Origin: a virus
Lineage: Duplodnaviria; Caudoviricetes
Direction: 5' to 3' (one strand)
Virus record (IMG/VR): IMGVR_UViG_3300043422_000050
Span: 1 to 29,838 of that record
DNA: 29,838 bases
Shown here: positions 1 to 8,840 of the stretch, piece by piece
How the letters are laid out: every line of letters begins with the position of its first letter
Position numbering within the stretch: position 1 is the first letter of the stretch
Translations under genes and position numbers: made by a program
Notes under the pieces: generated by a model
Told to the model about the DNA's origin: nothing
The model's input: only the letters and a program-made list of their open reading frames with translations
Database searches by the model: none

Positions 1-71
1 GCGTTGCCGATGGTTTTGAGAGCGCCAGCAATGATGGCGGGGGAAACAACGGGGGCGAAAGAAGCAGACAT
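1..71 (-). CDS. N-terminus of a divergently transcribed hypothetical protein (MSASFAPVVSPAIIAGALKTIGN...), runs off the left edge
   Basis: ATG at 71-69 on the - strand, preceded by AAAGGAAATCAAA (Shine-Dalgarno); frame stays open to the edge; strong promoter upstream. Confidence 0.7.
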   Translation of the reverse strand, partial: MSASFAPVVSPAIIAGALKTIGN

Positions 72-118
72 TTTGATTTCCTTTAAGGTTGCGTCGGTCT
101 GAATTAACCGACAACTGA

Positions 119-147
119 ATTACACCACATCCAATAGGTAATGTCAA
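119..147 (-). promoter_or_regulatory. sigma70-type leftward promoter
   Basis: - strand TTGACA (147-142), 17-nt spacer, TGTAAT (124-119), about 45 nt upstream of the leftward ATG. Confidence 0.8.
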
Positions 148-161
148 CCCCAATTACCTAT
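134..161. promoter_or_regulatory. operator-like inverted repeat straddling the -35 box
   Basis: ATAGGTAAT (134-142), 10-nt spacer, ATTACCTAT (153-161); perfect 9-bp arms. Confidence 0.5.
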
Positions 162-387
162 GTTATAACCTTAAAAGTCTGGGGGCCGAACCCCACCGCA
201 CCCCGTCCCCCCAAACCTATTCTGGGACTCCGCCCGTCCGCTTACGCTGAGTGCGACATCCTCCACCACCCCTAAAAATCCAACGTATATATAACTAACC
301 CTCATGTTAAAAAAAATCCAAAAATCTGTACATGAGACCCCACCCCCCTTTCTACAGAAAGGCCCCCGGTGCAAAAATAAAAGGGCA

Positions 388-417
388 TTGCAAAAAATTA
401 CAAAACTGCAGTACACT
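388..417 (+). promoter_or_regulatory. candidate rightward promoter of the packaging operon
   Basis: TTGCAA (388-393), 18-nt spacer, TACACT (412-417), with A-tracts upstream; about 30 nt before ATG 449. Confidence 0.45.
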
Positions 418-448
418 GCGGCCAACGAAACAAGGCTGCTACTCCGCC

Positions 449-997
449 ATGTACCAAACCACAATCGACTACGACGTCCCGCTCGCGGACTTCGCCCCCA
501 CCTTCGAGTCCTTAGAGACCAGAGTGGCTGCTGCCATGTCAGCACTTGTCGATGCAGATGGCCTGCCAGACCCCAGCCAGATCAACGAAGACGACAAAGA
601 TTTGGCCCGTGCCATCTTTTCAGGCCAGCAACTGGCCTCGGATCAGGATCTATCCTCCCCGCCGGTGGTCGTATACCTGCAATCCCTGCTCAACGAGTAC
701 GACAGCATCGTCATCAAGTCGGCTGCGCAGCTGCGGACGTACGTAACCAACAAGCTTTTGGCTGAAACTGCCAACCCAGACCCCCGCATCCGCCTGAAAT
801 CGCTGGAATTGCTGGGCAAAGTCTCGGATGTGGGCTTGTTCACGGACAAAACCGAGATCACGATGCGCCACAAACCCACTGAAGAGCTCGAGCAGCTGCT
901 GCGTGAGCGCCTGACCAAGGTCATTGAGGGCGAAGTTACCCCATCCGTGCGGCCAGAGCCCCTGCCAATCTCCGTTGACGACGTGGAATCCAAGTAA
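449..997 (+). CDS. putative terminase small subunit
   Basis: Directly upstream of TerL (2-nt gap); helical, with IRLKSLELLGK segment resembling TerS oligomerisation regions; start at 449 preferred to 332 because the upstream part is low-complexity and contains the candidate promoter. Confidence 0.6.
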   Translation: MYQTTIDYDVPLADFAPTFESLETRVAAAMSALVDADGLPDPSQINEDDKDLARAIFSGQQLASDQDLSSPPVVVYLQSLLNEYDSIVIKSAAQLRTYVTNKLLAETANPDPRIRLKSLELLGKVSDVGLFTDKTEITMRHKPTEELEQLLRERLTKVIEGEVTPSVRPEPLPISVDDVESK

Positions 998-999
998 AT

Positions 1000-2517
1000 A
1001 TGCAGCTGACACCAGAAATTGTCGAAAAAGTGCTGAAAAACCTGCCTCACAACGAGGCTGCGGAGCTTTTGGCCATGTTTGACGAGCTGGAAGAGCGAAA
1101 ACTGGTGCAGGCGGCGCAAGATGACTTCCTTGCGTTCATCGCGGCCGTCGATCGGAGCTATAAATTCGGTGCCCACCTCAAAAGGCTGGGCAACCTCCTC
1201 ATGGATGTGGAGCAGAACATCAAAAACCGGATCGCCGTGAGCATGGCGCCCCGTATGGGCAAGTCCCAGATGATCTCGATCTACTACCCCGCTTGGTACC
1301 TCGGCCGGCACCCGGACCACAAGGTGATCGTGGCGTCACACACTGCTGATCTGGCAGTTGTCATGGCGCGCAAAGTGCGAAACCTGATCCAGTCCGCGGA
1401 ATACGCCCGAATTTTCCCAAACACCAAGATCGCCTCAGACGCTAAGGCGGCCGCCCAGTGGAACACCACTGCGGGCGGTGAGTATTTTGCGATCGGTGTG
1501 GGCGGCGCGTTGGCCGGCCGGGGTGCCCACCTCATCATTGCGGACGATCCGCTGTCCGAACAGGACATCAAGGCGGGAAACACCAATTCTCTGGACACTG
1601 CCTACGAATGGTTCAGTGCGGGTCTGCGAACTCGTCTGATGCCGCAGGGCAAGATCTGCGTGCTGCACACCCGGTGGCACCAGCGGGACTTGATCGGCCG
1701 GCTGCTCAAAGACTCTGCCATGAACGAGGGCGGGGACAATTACGAGGCGTTCGAGTTCCCGGCTATCCTGAACGAAGGCACGGATGAGGAGAAATCCATC
1801 TGGCCAGAGCAGTGGACGCTGGAGTCGCTCCAGCAGACGCGTGCCTCCATGCACCACATCATGTGGCAGTGGTATGCCCAGTACCAGCAGAACCCAACGG
1901 CTGCCGAGGCTGCGATCATCAAGCGCGACTGGATCAGGTACTGGAAAAAAGACAGCCCCCCGCAGATCAACTTCATCGTGCAGGCCTTCGATACGGCGCT
2001 CACCACCAAGGAGCGCTCGGACTTTTCGGTGTGCCACACGTGGGGCACGTTCACCAACGAGGAAGACGGCACAGAGAACGTCATCCTGCTCAACAAGGTC
2101 AAGGGCAAGTACGAGTTCCCAGAGCTCAAGAAGATGGCCCACGACCAGTACGAAGAGTGGCAGCCCGACAGCGTGATTGTGGAAGCGAAGGCCTCCGGCC
2201 AGCCCCTGATCGACGAGATGCGCCGCTCGAATATTTTCGTGCAGGACTTCAGCCCGGGCAAAGGGCAAGATAAGATTGCCCGACTCAACGCGGTGGCGGA
2301 CATGTACGCTTCGGGGCACGTCTGGTTCCCAGAAACAGCATGGGCTGCCCAGACTATCGAAGAGATCTTGGCGTTCCCTGCGGGTGAGCACGACGACGAG
2401 GTGGACACGATGACCCTTGCCTTGATGCGCGTGCGCAAAGGAGGCCTGTTGCGCCTTAGCACAGACCGCGAGGATAATGAGGTCTTCCACCGGTCCCGCC
2501 GGGCAGCGTTTTATTAA
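1000..2517 (+). CDS. terL: terminase large subunit
   Basis: Walker A MAPRMGKS, Walker B LIIADDP, coupling motif HTRW, YQQNP linker, nuclease acidic motifs QAFDTA and HDDEVD. Confidence 0.95.
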   Translation: MQLTPEIVEKVLKNLPHNEAAELLAMFDELEERKLVQAAQDDFLAFIAAVDRSYKFGAHLKRLGNLLMDVEQNIKNRIAVSMAPRMGKSQMISIYYPAWYLGRHPDHKVIVASHTADLAVVMARKVRNLIQSAEYARIFPNTKIASDAKAAAQWNTTAGGEYFAIGVGGALAGRGAHLIIADDPLSEQDIKAGNTNSLDTAYEWFSAGLRTRLMPQGKICVLHTRWHQRDLIGRLLKDSAMNEGGDNYEAFEFPAILNEGTDEEKSIWPEQWTLESLQQTRASMHHIMWQWYAQYQQNPTAAEAAIIKRDWIRYWKKDSPPQINFIVQAFDTALTTKERSDFSVCHTWGTFTNEEDGTENVILLNKVKGKYEFPELKKMAHDQYEEWQPDSVIVEAKASGQPLIDEMRRSNIFVQDFSPGKGQDKIARLNAVADMYASGHVWFPETAWAAQTIEEILAFPAGEHDDEVDTMTLALMRVRKGGLLRLSTDREDNEVFHRSRRAAFY

Positions 2518-2526
2518 GGATTCCCC

Positions 2527-5163
2527 ATGGCTTCAAACAGCATGACCTCTTCTCTCGCCCCAGCGCCAGCCGGTCTGGACTTGGAGGCCCTCGGCCTTGA
2601 CGACATTGTGCAGGACGACACCCCGGCCGTAGAGATTGAGATCGAAGATCCCGAAGGCGTCAAAATCGGCATTGACGGCATGGAGATTGACCTGATGCCC
2701 GACGAGGGCAAAGAAGGCGAAGAGTTCGGCAGCAACTTGGCCGAGTTCATGGACGAGGGAGAACTCAACACGCTGGCAGGCGAACTGCTGGAGCTGGTTG
2801 AGGCGGACATCACGTCCCGTAAAGAGTGGGTGGACATGTACGTCAAGGGCCTCGAAGTCCTCGGCATGAAGTACGAAGAGCGCACCGAGCCGTGGGAAGG
2901 CGCCTGCGGCGTGTACTCCACAGTGCTGACAGAAGCTGCCATCCGCTTCCAGTCCGAGACCATCATCGAGACTTTCCCTGCTGCGGGCCCCGTCAAAACC
3001 GAGATCATCGGCGCGATCGACAAGCTCAAAGAGGAGGCGGCCGAGCGAGTTCGTGATGACATGAACTTCAAGCTCACAGAGGAGATGCCTGAGTACCGCC
3101 CTGAGCACGAGCGCATGCTGTACAACTTGGGCTTGGCTGGTGCCGCGTTCAAGAAGGTGTACAAGGACCCATCGCTGGGCCGCCAAACCTCGATCTTCGT
3201 TCCCGCCGAAGACATCATCATCCCTTACGGCGCCTCCAGCGCGCGTACTGCGGAGCGCGTCACCCACACGATGCGCAAGACCAAGAACGACATCCGCAAG
3301 CTGCAGGTGGCTGGTTTCTACCGCGACGTGGAGCTGGGTGACCCCAAAACGTTCCACACGGACATCGAAAAGCGCAAGGCCGAAGACCAAGGCTACTCCC
3401 TCACGGACGACGACCGCTACCAGATCCTTGAGATCTGTGTCGATTACGACATGCCCGGCTACGAGGACGAAGACGGCATCGCTCGCCCCTACGTGGTGAC
3501 GATCGACCGCTCGACGCAAGAGGTCTTGTCCGTGTACCGTAACTGGGACGAGGACGACAAGCTCAAACTGAAGAACCAGCACTTCGTGCAGTACACCTAC
3601 GTGCCCGGGTTTGGCGTCTACGGTCTGGGTCTGATCCACATCATCGGCGGCTACGCGCGCGCCGGCACTTCCCTGATTCGCCAGTTGGTCGACGCTGGCA
3701 CACTGAGCAATCTGCCCGGTGGCTTGAAAACCCGTGGTCTGCGGATCAAGGGCGACGACACTCCGATCGCTCCCGGCGAGTTCCGTGATGTGGACGTGCC
3801 GTCCGGCTCGGTCCGCGACAACATCATGGCCCTGCCATACAAGGAGCCAAGCCAAGTCCTGATGGCGTTGCTCAACCAGATCACCGACGAAGCTCGTCGT
3901 CTGGGCTCGATCGCCGACATGAAGGTCAGCGACATGAGCGCCAACGCGCCCGTGGGTACGACTCTGGCTATCCTTGAGCGGCAGCTGAAGACAATGTCGG
4001 CCGTGCAGGCCCGCGTGCACTACAGCATGAAGGAGGAGTTCAAGCTCCTCAAGCGCATCATTCGCGACAACACCCCCGGCGAGTACGAGTACGTGCCACA
4101 GGGCGGCAACCCCAAGGCCAAGCGCGCAGACTACGACATGGTGGACGTGATCCCCGTGTCCGACCCCAACAGCGCGACCATGGCTCAGCGGATCATGCAG
4201 TACCAAGCTGCCATCCAGCTGGCTCAGGGTGCCCCCCAGATTTATGACCTGCCACAGCTGCACCGCCAGATGTTGGAGGTCTTGGGCATCAAAAACGCCG
4301 AGAAGCTCGTGCCGATTGATGACGACATGACCCCGCGCGACCCCGTGTCTGAGAACATGGCGCTGCTCACCGGCAAGCCGACCAAGGCGTTCATCTATCA
4401 GGACCACGACGCTCACATCGCTGTGCACCAGTCCATGATGCAGGACCCAACGATCATGGCGCAGATGGGCCAGAACCCACAAGCTCAAGCGATCCAAGCG
4501 GCCATGATGTCCCACATTGCCGAGCACGTTGCGTTCCAGTACCGCGTCAACGTGGAAAAACGCCTCGGCGCTTCGCTGCCTGCTCCAAACGCAGAGATCC
4601 CAGAGGAGCTGGAAGTGCAGTTGTCCAAGCTGGTGGCTCAGGCCGCAGCCCAGCTGCTGCAGATGAACCAAGCCAAGGCCGCTCAAGCGCAAGCCCAGCA
4701 GCAAGCTCAGGACCCCATCGTCCAGATGCAAATGCAGGAGCTCCAGATCAAGAAGCAAGAGGCCGACATCAAGGCTCTCAAGGTCAAGGGCGACTTGCAG
4801 ATCAAGGCCGAAGAGCTCTCGCTCAAGGCTCAGGAGAGCGCCGCCAAGGTTGGCGAAGACCCACAGATGGCAGCTATGCGCTTGCAGCAGGAAATTGCCC
4901 AAGCCCAAGAGATGCACGCACTGGAGATGGCCGCCAAGCAGGCTGAACTCCAGCAGGCACAAGCCGCCCAGCAGCAGCAAATGATGCAGCAGCAACAGGC
5001 TCACCAGCAGAAGATGGCCCACGGTGGCCAAGTGCACGGGCAAAAACTGGCCCACGGCGGTCAGGTGCACACCCAAAAACTGGCGCACGCGGAACAAGCC
5101 GCTGCTCGCGCTGCCAAACAACCCAAGCCGACTGCTAAACCGTCGGGTAGCAAAGGAGAGTGA
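2527..5163 (+). CDS. portal protein with long Q/A-rich C-terminal coiled coil
   Basis: 878 aa, directly after TerL, SD TAAGGA; Q-rich C-terminal helix as in P22-type portal barrels. Confidence 0.85.
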   Translation: MASNSMTSSLAPAPAGLDLEALGLDDIVQDDTPAVEIEIEDPEGVKIGIDGMEIDLMPDEGKEGEEFGSNLAEFMDEGELNTLAGELLELVEADITSRKEWVDMYVKGLEVLGMKYEERTEPWEGACGVYSTVLTEAAIRFQSETIIETFPAAGPVKTEIIGAIDKLKEEAAERVRDDMNFKLTEEMPEYRPEHERMLYNLGLAGAAFKKVYKDPSLGRQTSIFVPAEDIIIPYGASSARTAERVTHTMRKTKNDIRKLQVAGFYRDVELGDPKTFHTDIEKRKAEDQGYSLTDDDRYQILEICVDYDMPGYEDEDGIARPYVVTIDRSTQEVLSVYRNWDEDDKLKLKNQHFVQYTYVPGFGVYGLGLIHIIGGYARAGTSLIRQLVDAGTLSNLPGGLKTRGLRIKGDDTPIAPGEFRDVDVPSGSVRDNIMALPYKEPSQVLMALLNQITDEARRLGSIADMKVSDMSANAPVGTTLAILERQLKTMSAVQARVHYSMKEEFKLLKRIIRDNTPGEYEYVPQGGNPKAKRADYDMVDVIPVSDPNSATMAQRIMQYQAAIQLAQGAPQIYDLPQLHRQMLEVLGIKNAEKLVPIDDDMTPRDPVSENMALLTGKPTKAFIYQDHDAHIAVHQSMMQDPTIMAQMGQNPQAQAIQAAMMSHIAEHVAFQYRVNVEKRLGASLPAPNAEIPEELEVQLSKLVAQAAAQLLQMNQAKAAQAQAQQQAQDPIVQMQMQELQIKKQEADIKALKVKGDLQIKAEELSLKAQESAAKVGEDPQMAAMRLQQEIAQAQEMHALEMAAKQAELQQAQAAQQQQMMQQQQAHQQKMAHGGQVHGQKLAHGGQVHTQKLAHAEQAAARAAKQPKPTAKPSGSKGE
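5008..5088 (+). repeat. about 2.5 copies of a 33-nt (11-aa) tandem repeat in the portal tail
   Basis: QKMAHGGQVHG / QKLAHGGQVHT / QKLAH. Confidence 0.85.
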
Positions 5164-5360
5164 TGGCCAACACGGTGATGGATCTCCTTCAGCGCAAGCT
5201 GAAGGAACAAGAAGAAAGTCATGTTCAAGCTTTGGCGGGAGGCGCGGTCAATGACTACGCCGCCTACCGAGAACTGTGCGGAGTGATCCGAGGTCTGCAG
5301 ACCGCACAGCGCGAAATTGCCGACCTCGTGCGTAAACTGAAAGAAGATGACGATGAATAA
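5163..5360 (+). CDS. small helical head-module protein
   Basis: TGATG overlap with the portal stop, SD AAGGAG; DYAAYRELCGVIRGL core. Confidence 0.8.
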   Translation: MANTVMDLLQRKLKEQEESHVQALAGGAVNDYAAYRELCGVIRGLQTAQREIADLVRKLKEDDDE

Positions 5361-5751
5361 ATTCGACGCTCAAGCGGTGGATTTGTCCGGGCTGCTCAAC
5401 AAGCCGGTCGAAGACAAAGCCAAGCAGATCCCTGATCCGGTGACCTACCACCTTCTGTGCATGCTCCCAGAAGCCAAGGAAGAGTACGAGGGCGGCTTGC
5501 TCAAGGCCAGTCAAACCATGATGCACGAAGAGCTGCTGTCTCCCGTGCTGTTCGTGGCAAAGATGGGCCCTGACGCCTTCAAAGACGAGAAACGCTTCCC
5601 CAGCGGCGCCAGCTGCAAGGTTGGCGATTTCGTGTTGGTCCGCCCCAACAGCGGCACTCGCATGAAGATCCACGGCACTGAATGGCGCCTTATCAACGAC
5701 GATTCTGTCGAAGCGGTTGTGCAAGACCCCCGCGGCATCCAACGTCCTTGA
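5353..5751 (+). CDS. groES: GroES/Cpn10-like co-chaperonin
   Basis: C-terminal KVGDFVLVRPNSGTRMKIHGTEWRLINDDSVEAVV fits the Cpn10 pattern; GGLL mobile-loop-like segment. Confidence 0.8.
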   Translation: MNKFDAQAVDLSGLLNKPVEDKAKQIPDPVTYHLLCMLPEAKEEYEGGLLKASQTMMHEELLSPVLFVAKMGPDAFKDEKRFPSGASCKVGDFVLVRPNSGTRMKIHGTEWRLINDDSVEAVVQDPRGIQRP

Positions 5752-5761
5752 GGAGTGAATC

Positions 5762-6718
5762 ATGGCTGAAATGGAAAAAACAGAATTTGAATTTCCCGAT
5801 GAGGTAGGCGAAGAGAACCCACGTAAAGGTGGGGCTGTTGTCGAGCCCGAGCCGAAGGAAGAAGAGATCGAAGTCGTCGACGACACCCCTGCGGCCGATC
5901 GAAATCGCAAGCCGATGGAAGAGCCTCCCAAGGACGTGACCGACGAAGAGTTGGCCAAGTACGACGAGAGCGTCCAAAAGCGCATCAAGCACTTCACCAA
6001 GGGCTACCACGAGGAGCGCCGGGCCAAAGAAGCAGCTCTGCGCGAAAAAGACGAAGCCTTGAAGCTGGCGCAGTCGATTGTCGAAGAGAACAAGAAGCTC
6101 AAGGGCTCCCTGTCTCAAGGCCAGAACGCGCTGCTCGAGCAGGCCAAGAAAGTGGTCGCCAACGAGCTCGAAGCGGCCAAGCGCAAGTACAAGGAAGCCT
6201 ACGAGTCTGGCGACTCCGACGCGCTTGTTGACGCGCAAGAGGCACTGACCTCTGTAAAGATGAAAGCTGAGCGTGTAAATAATTTCAAGCCAGCCCCTTT
6301 ACAGGACGAAAAAACTGAGGTACAACTACCACAAACGAGTTCAGCTCCTCAAGTTGACGAGGCCCTAAGCGAATGGCAAGACCGCAATTCGTGGTTTGGT
6401 CCTAACAAACGGATGACAGCGTACGCGCTGGGAGTCCATGAGGATTTGATCTCGGAAGGGATTCCCGCAGGCAGCAAGGAATACTACAAACGTATCGATG
6501 CTGAAATGCGAGAGCGCTTCTCGGACGTGTTTGGGTCTGAGAAGACGGAGGATGCTGCTACTCCTCCGGCCAAAAGAACAAACGTTGTCGCACCGGCAAC
6601 ACGTAGTACTGCTCCCCGAAAGGTCGTACTTACCAAAACGCAGGTCGAAATCGCCAAGCGGCTCGGGGTTCCACTGGAACTCTATGCTCGTAAGGTTGCG
6701 GAAGAAATGAGGAAATGA
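5762..6718 (+). CDS. putative capsid scaffolding protein
   Basis: Acidic N-terminus, long coiled coil, C-terminal helix-turn-helix (LTKTQVEIAKRLGVPLELYA); between portal and capsid; SD GAGGAG. Confidence 0.7.
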   Translation: MAEMEKTEFEFPDEVGEENPRKGGAVVEPEPKEEEIEVVDDTPAADRNRKPMEEPPKDVTDEELAKYDESVQKRIKHFTKGYHEERRAKEAALREKDEALKLAQSIVEENKKLKGSLSQGQNALLEQAKKVVANELEAAKRKYKEAYESGDSDALVDAQEALTSVKMKAERVNNFKPAPLQDEKTEVQLPQTSSAPQVDEALSEWQDRNSWFGPNKRMTAYALGVHEDLISEGIPAGSKEYYKRIDAEMRERFSDVFGSEKTEDAATPPAKRTNVVAPATRSTAPRKVVLTKTQVEIAKRLGVPLELYARKVAEEMRK

Positions 6719-6720
6719 AA

Positions 6721-7173
6721 ATGGCTGAACAAAATCGTGATAAGCGTGAACTGACCACGCGTGCATCCACCACCCGTCCAACGAAGTGGCTGCCGCCCCA
6801 ACTTCTGCCTGATCCGACACCGGAAGAAGGCTATGCGTTCCGTTGGGTCCGTATCAGCACCATGAACAAAGATGACGCCACCAACATTTCCACAAAACTC
6901 CGCGAAGGCTGGGAACCTGTAAAGGCTTCTGACCACCCCGAGGTTCGTCTCTTCGGTACCGACGACAAGCGGTTCCCTGACTCGATCCAAGTGGGCGGTT
7001 TGCTCCTTTGCAAAACCCCGGTGGAGTTCGTTGAGCAGCGTAACGCGTACTACAACCAACAGGCTGAGTCGCAGATGCAATCAGTGGACAACACCTACAT
7101 GCGCGAAAATGATCCTCGGATGCCCATGTTCAAAGAACGCAGCACCAAGGTCACTTTCGGTAAAGGTATTTAA
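6721..7173 (+). CDS. hypothetical head-module protein
   Basis: Coupled to the scaffold stop (alternative ATG at 6715); GYAFRWVR and LREGWEPV motifs. Confidence 0.75.
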   Translation: MAEQNRDKRELTTRASTTRPTKWLPPQLLPDPTPEEGYAFRWVRISTMNKDDATNISTKLREGWEPVKASDHPEVRLFGTDDKRFPDSIQVGGLLLCKTPVEFVEQRNAYYNQQAESQMQSVDNTYMRENDPRMPMFKERSTKVTFGKGI

Positions 7174-7191
7174 ACTTTTTGGAGTAACAAA

Positions 7192-7770
7192 ATGGCTTAT
7201 CCTACAGTCAGCGCTCCGTACGGCTTGAAGCCCATCAACTCTCTTGATGGCAAGCCTTACGCCGGTGCATTCCGTCAGATCCCTATGGCTTCTGGCTACA
7301 CTGCCACCTTCTTTGGTGATGCAGTGCTCATCGTGAACGGCTACCTCGACAAGGACACCGGTACCACTGCAGCCACCCCTTGCGGCGTGTTTGTTGGCGG
7401 TTCCTACACCAACTCGTTGGGTCAAACTGTTTACGCTCAGAACCTGCCCGCCGGCGCCACAAACGCCATCGGCTACGTGGTCGACGACCAGCAAGCTCTG
7501 TTCCGCGTGGCCGTTGTGTCTGGTACTACCGTGATTGCTGGCGTGAGCCGCAGCGTGGTTGGTTCCAACATGGCTCTGGTGCAAAACGCTGGCAACACTA
7601 CCACTGGCGATTCCGCTGTGGCCGTGCTGTCTTCCAGCTCGAACACCACCGCTACTTTGCCAATCCGTGTGATTGACGTGGTGCCCGATACCGCTACCGG
7701 TTCGGATTCGTATGTGGAACTGTTGGTGAAAATCAACACCCACCAGTACAACAACACCACCGGTGTCTAA
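7192..7770 (+). CDS. putative capsid decoration/cement protein
   Basis: Beta-rich, G/T/A/V-rich, directly upstream of the capsid gene; SD GGAG; strongly biased codons. Confidence 0.6.
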   Translation: MAYPTVSAPYGLKPINSLDGKPYAGAFRQIPMASGYTATFFGDAVLIVNGYLDKDTGTTAATPCGVFVGGSYTNSLGQTVYAQNLPAGATNAIGYVVDDQQALFRVAVVSGTTVIAGVSRSVVGSNMALVQNAGNTTTGDSAVAVLSSSSNTTATLPIRVIDVVPDTATGSDSYVELLVKINTHQYNNTTGV

Positions 7771-7780
7771 GGAGTAAATC

Positions 7781-8689
7781 ATGGCAATTTCACGCGCACA
7801 ACTGCTCAAGGAACTGTTGCCCGGCTTGAACGCTTTGTTCGGTCTGGAGTATGCAAAGTACGGCGAAGAGCACAAAGAGATCTACGAAACCGAAACATCG
7901 GAGCGTAGCTTTGAAGAAGAAACCAAGCTGTCGGGCTTCTCCGCCGCTCCTGTCAAGAACGAAGGCTCTGCCATCGCTTATGACAACGCGCAAGAAGCAT
8001 GGACCGCTCGTTACACCCACGAAACCATCGCCATGGGCTTCTCGATCACCGAAGAAGCAGTGGAAGACAACTTGTACGACTCGTTGTCCAGCCGCTACAC
8101 CAAGGCTCTGGCCCGTGGTATGGCTTACACCAAGCAGGTCAAAGCTGCTGCAGTGCTGAACAACGGCTTCGCCGGCGGCCCCACCTACGGTGACGGTCAA
8201 GTTCTGTTCTCGACAGCTCACCCCCTGATCTCTGGTGGCACCAACAGCAACCGTCCCGCTACCGCTGCCGACCTGAACGAAACATCGTTGGAAAACGCTG
8301 TGATTCAGATCGCTGGTTGGACAGACGAACGCGGCCTGCTGATCGCTGCCAAGCCCAAGAAACTGGTGGTGCCACCAGCATTGATGTTCGTCGCTACCCG
8401 CCTGCTGGAAACAGAACTGCGCGTCGGTACCAACGACAACGACATCAACGCCATCAAGAACAACGGTTCGATCCCCGGCGGCTACGCTGTGAACCACTTC
8501 TTGACCGACACCAACGCTTGGTTCTTGATGACTGACGTGCCTAACGGTCTGAAGCACTTCGTTCGTACCCCACTGCAAAACAGCATGGACGGCGACTTCG
8601 ACACCGGCAACGTGCGTTACAAGGCCCGCGAGCGTTACAGCTTCGGCGTGTCTGACCCACTGGGCGCTTACGGTTCTCCCGGCGCTTAA
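7781..8689 (+). CDS. major capsid protein
   Basis: 302 aa; SD TAAGGAG; PKKLVVPPAL and DFDTGNVRYKARERYSFG motifs typical of HK97-fold capsids of the Mu gpT-like type; followed by a terminator. Confidence 0.88.
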   Translation: MAISRAQLLKELLPGLNALFGLEYAKYGEEHKEIYETETSERSFEEETKLSGFSAAPVKNEGSAIAYDNAQEAWTARYTHETIAMGFSITEEAVEDNLYDSLSSRYTKALARGMAYTKQVKAAAVLNNGFAGGPTYGDGQVLFSTAHPLISGGTNSNRPATAADLNETSLENAVIQIAGWTDERGLLIAAKPKKLVVPPALMFVATRLLETELRVGTNDNDINAIKNNGSIPGGYAVNHFLTDTNAWFLMTDVPNGLKHFVRTPLQNSMDGDFDTGNVRYKARERYSFGVSDPLGAYGSPGA

Positions 8690-8690
8690 T

Positions 8691-8708
8691 AAATCCTTCG
8701 GGATTTTT
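8691..8708 (+). other. cUUCGg tetraloop hairpin immediately after the capsid stop
   Basis: AAATCC-TTCG-GGATTT followed by TT. Confidence 0.6.
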
Positions 8709-8711
8709 GAG

Positions 8712-8739
8712 AAGGGGCCCTTGTGGCCCCTTTTCTTTT
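8712..8739 (+). terminator. rho-independent terminator after the capsid gene
   Basis: AAGGGGCC-CTTGT-GGCCCCTT followed by TTCTTTT. Confidence 0.85.
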
Positions 8740-8756
8740 GCGGTATATTGCACTTA

Positions 8757-8831
8757 CCCCGGGGCTCCCGGCGCATCAAACTGACCCGGCAGACGACGTA
8801 CCGATTGATGCGCTAATCTTGTACGTAAGGA
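8757..8831 (+). ncRNA. candidate structured cis-regulatory RNA (double pseudoknot), family not identified
   Basis: Three crossing helices: 8759-63/8785-89, 8771-79/8805-13, 8796-8801/8821-26; the last abuts SD AAGGA (8827-31). Confidence 0.5.
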
Positions 8832-8840
8832 CGATTTATC

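Noticed and set aside
171-765. ORFs 171-545 (-) and 304-765 (+), and the 332 start for TerS
   Set aside because: They cross the low-complexity regulatory region, have implausible composition and overlap the better-supported TerS frame
2431-2460. VRKGGLL in TerL, PRKGGAV in the scaffold and FAGGP in the capsid as extra GG tags
   Set aside because: Poor match to the aromatic/Met/Leu-x-x-GG spacing; could be chance, so not counted
2533-5121. 862-aa antisense ORF, and similar long - strand ORFs (1435-2490, 7790-8779, 16467-17669)
   Set aside because: Codon-for-codon shadows of biased + strand genes that avoid TTA/CTA/TCA; no SD or recognisable motifs
8680-8700. Capsid readthrough or frameshift extension
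   Set aside because: Double stop TAATAA followed by hairpins; no slippery sequence seen
8757-8831. Assignment as tRNA, hammerhead or HDV-like ribozyme
   Set aside because: No cloverleaf or T-loop, no CUGAnGA/GAAA core, and no room for HDV P3/L3; kept only as an unassigned structured RNA
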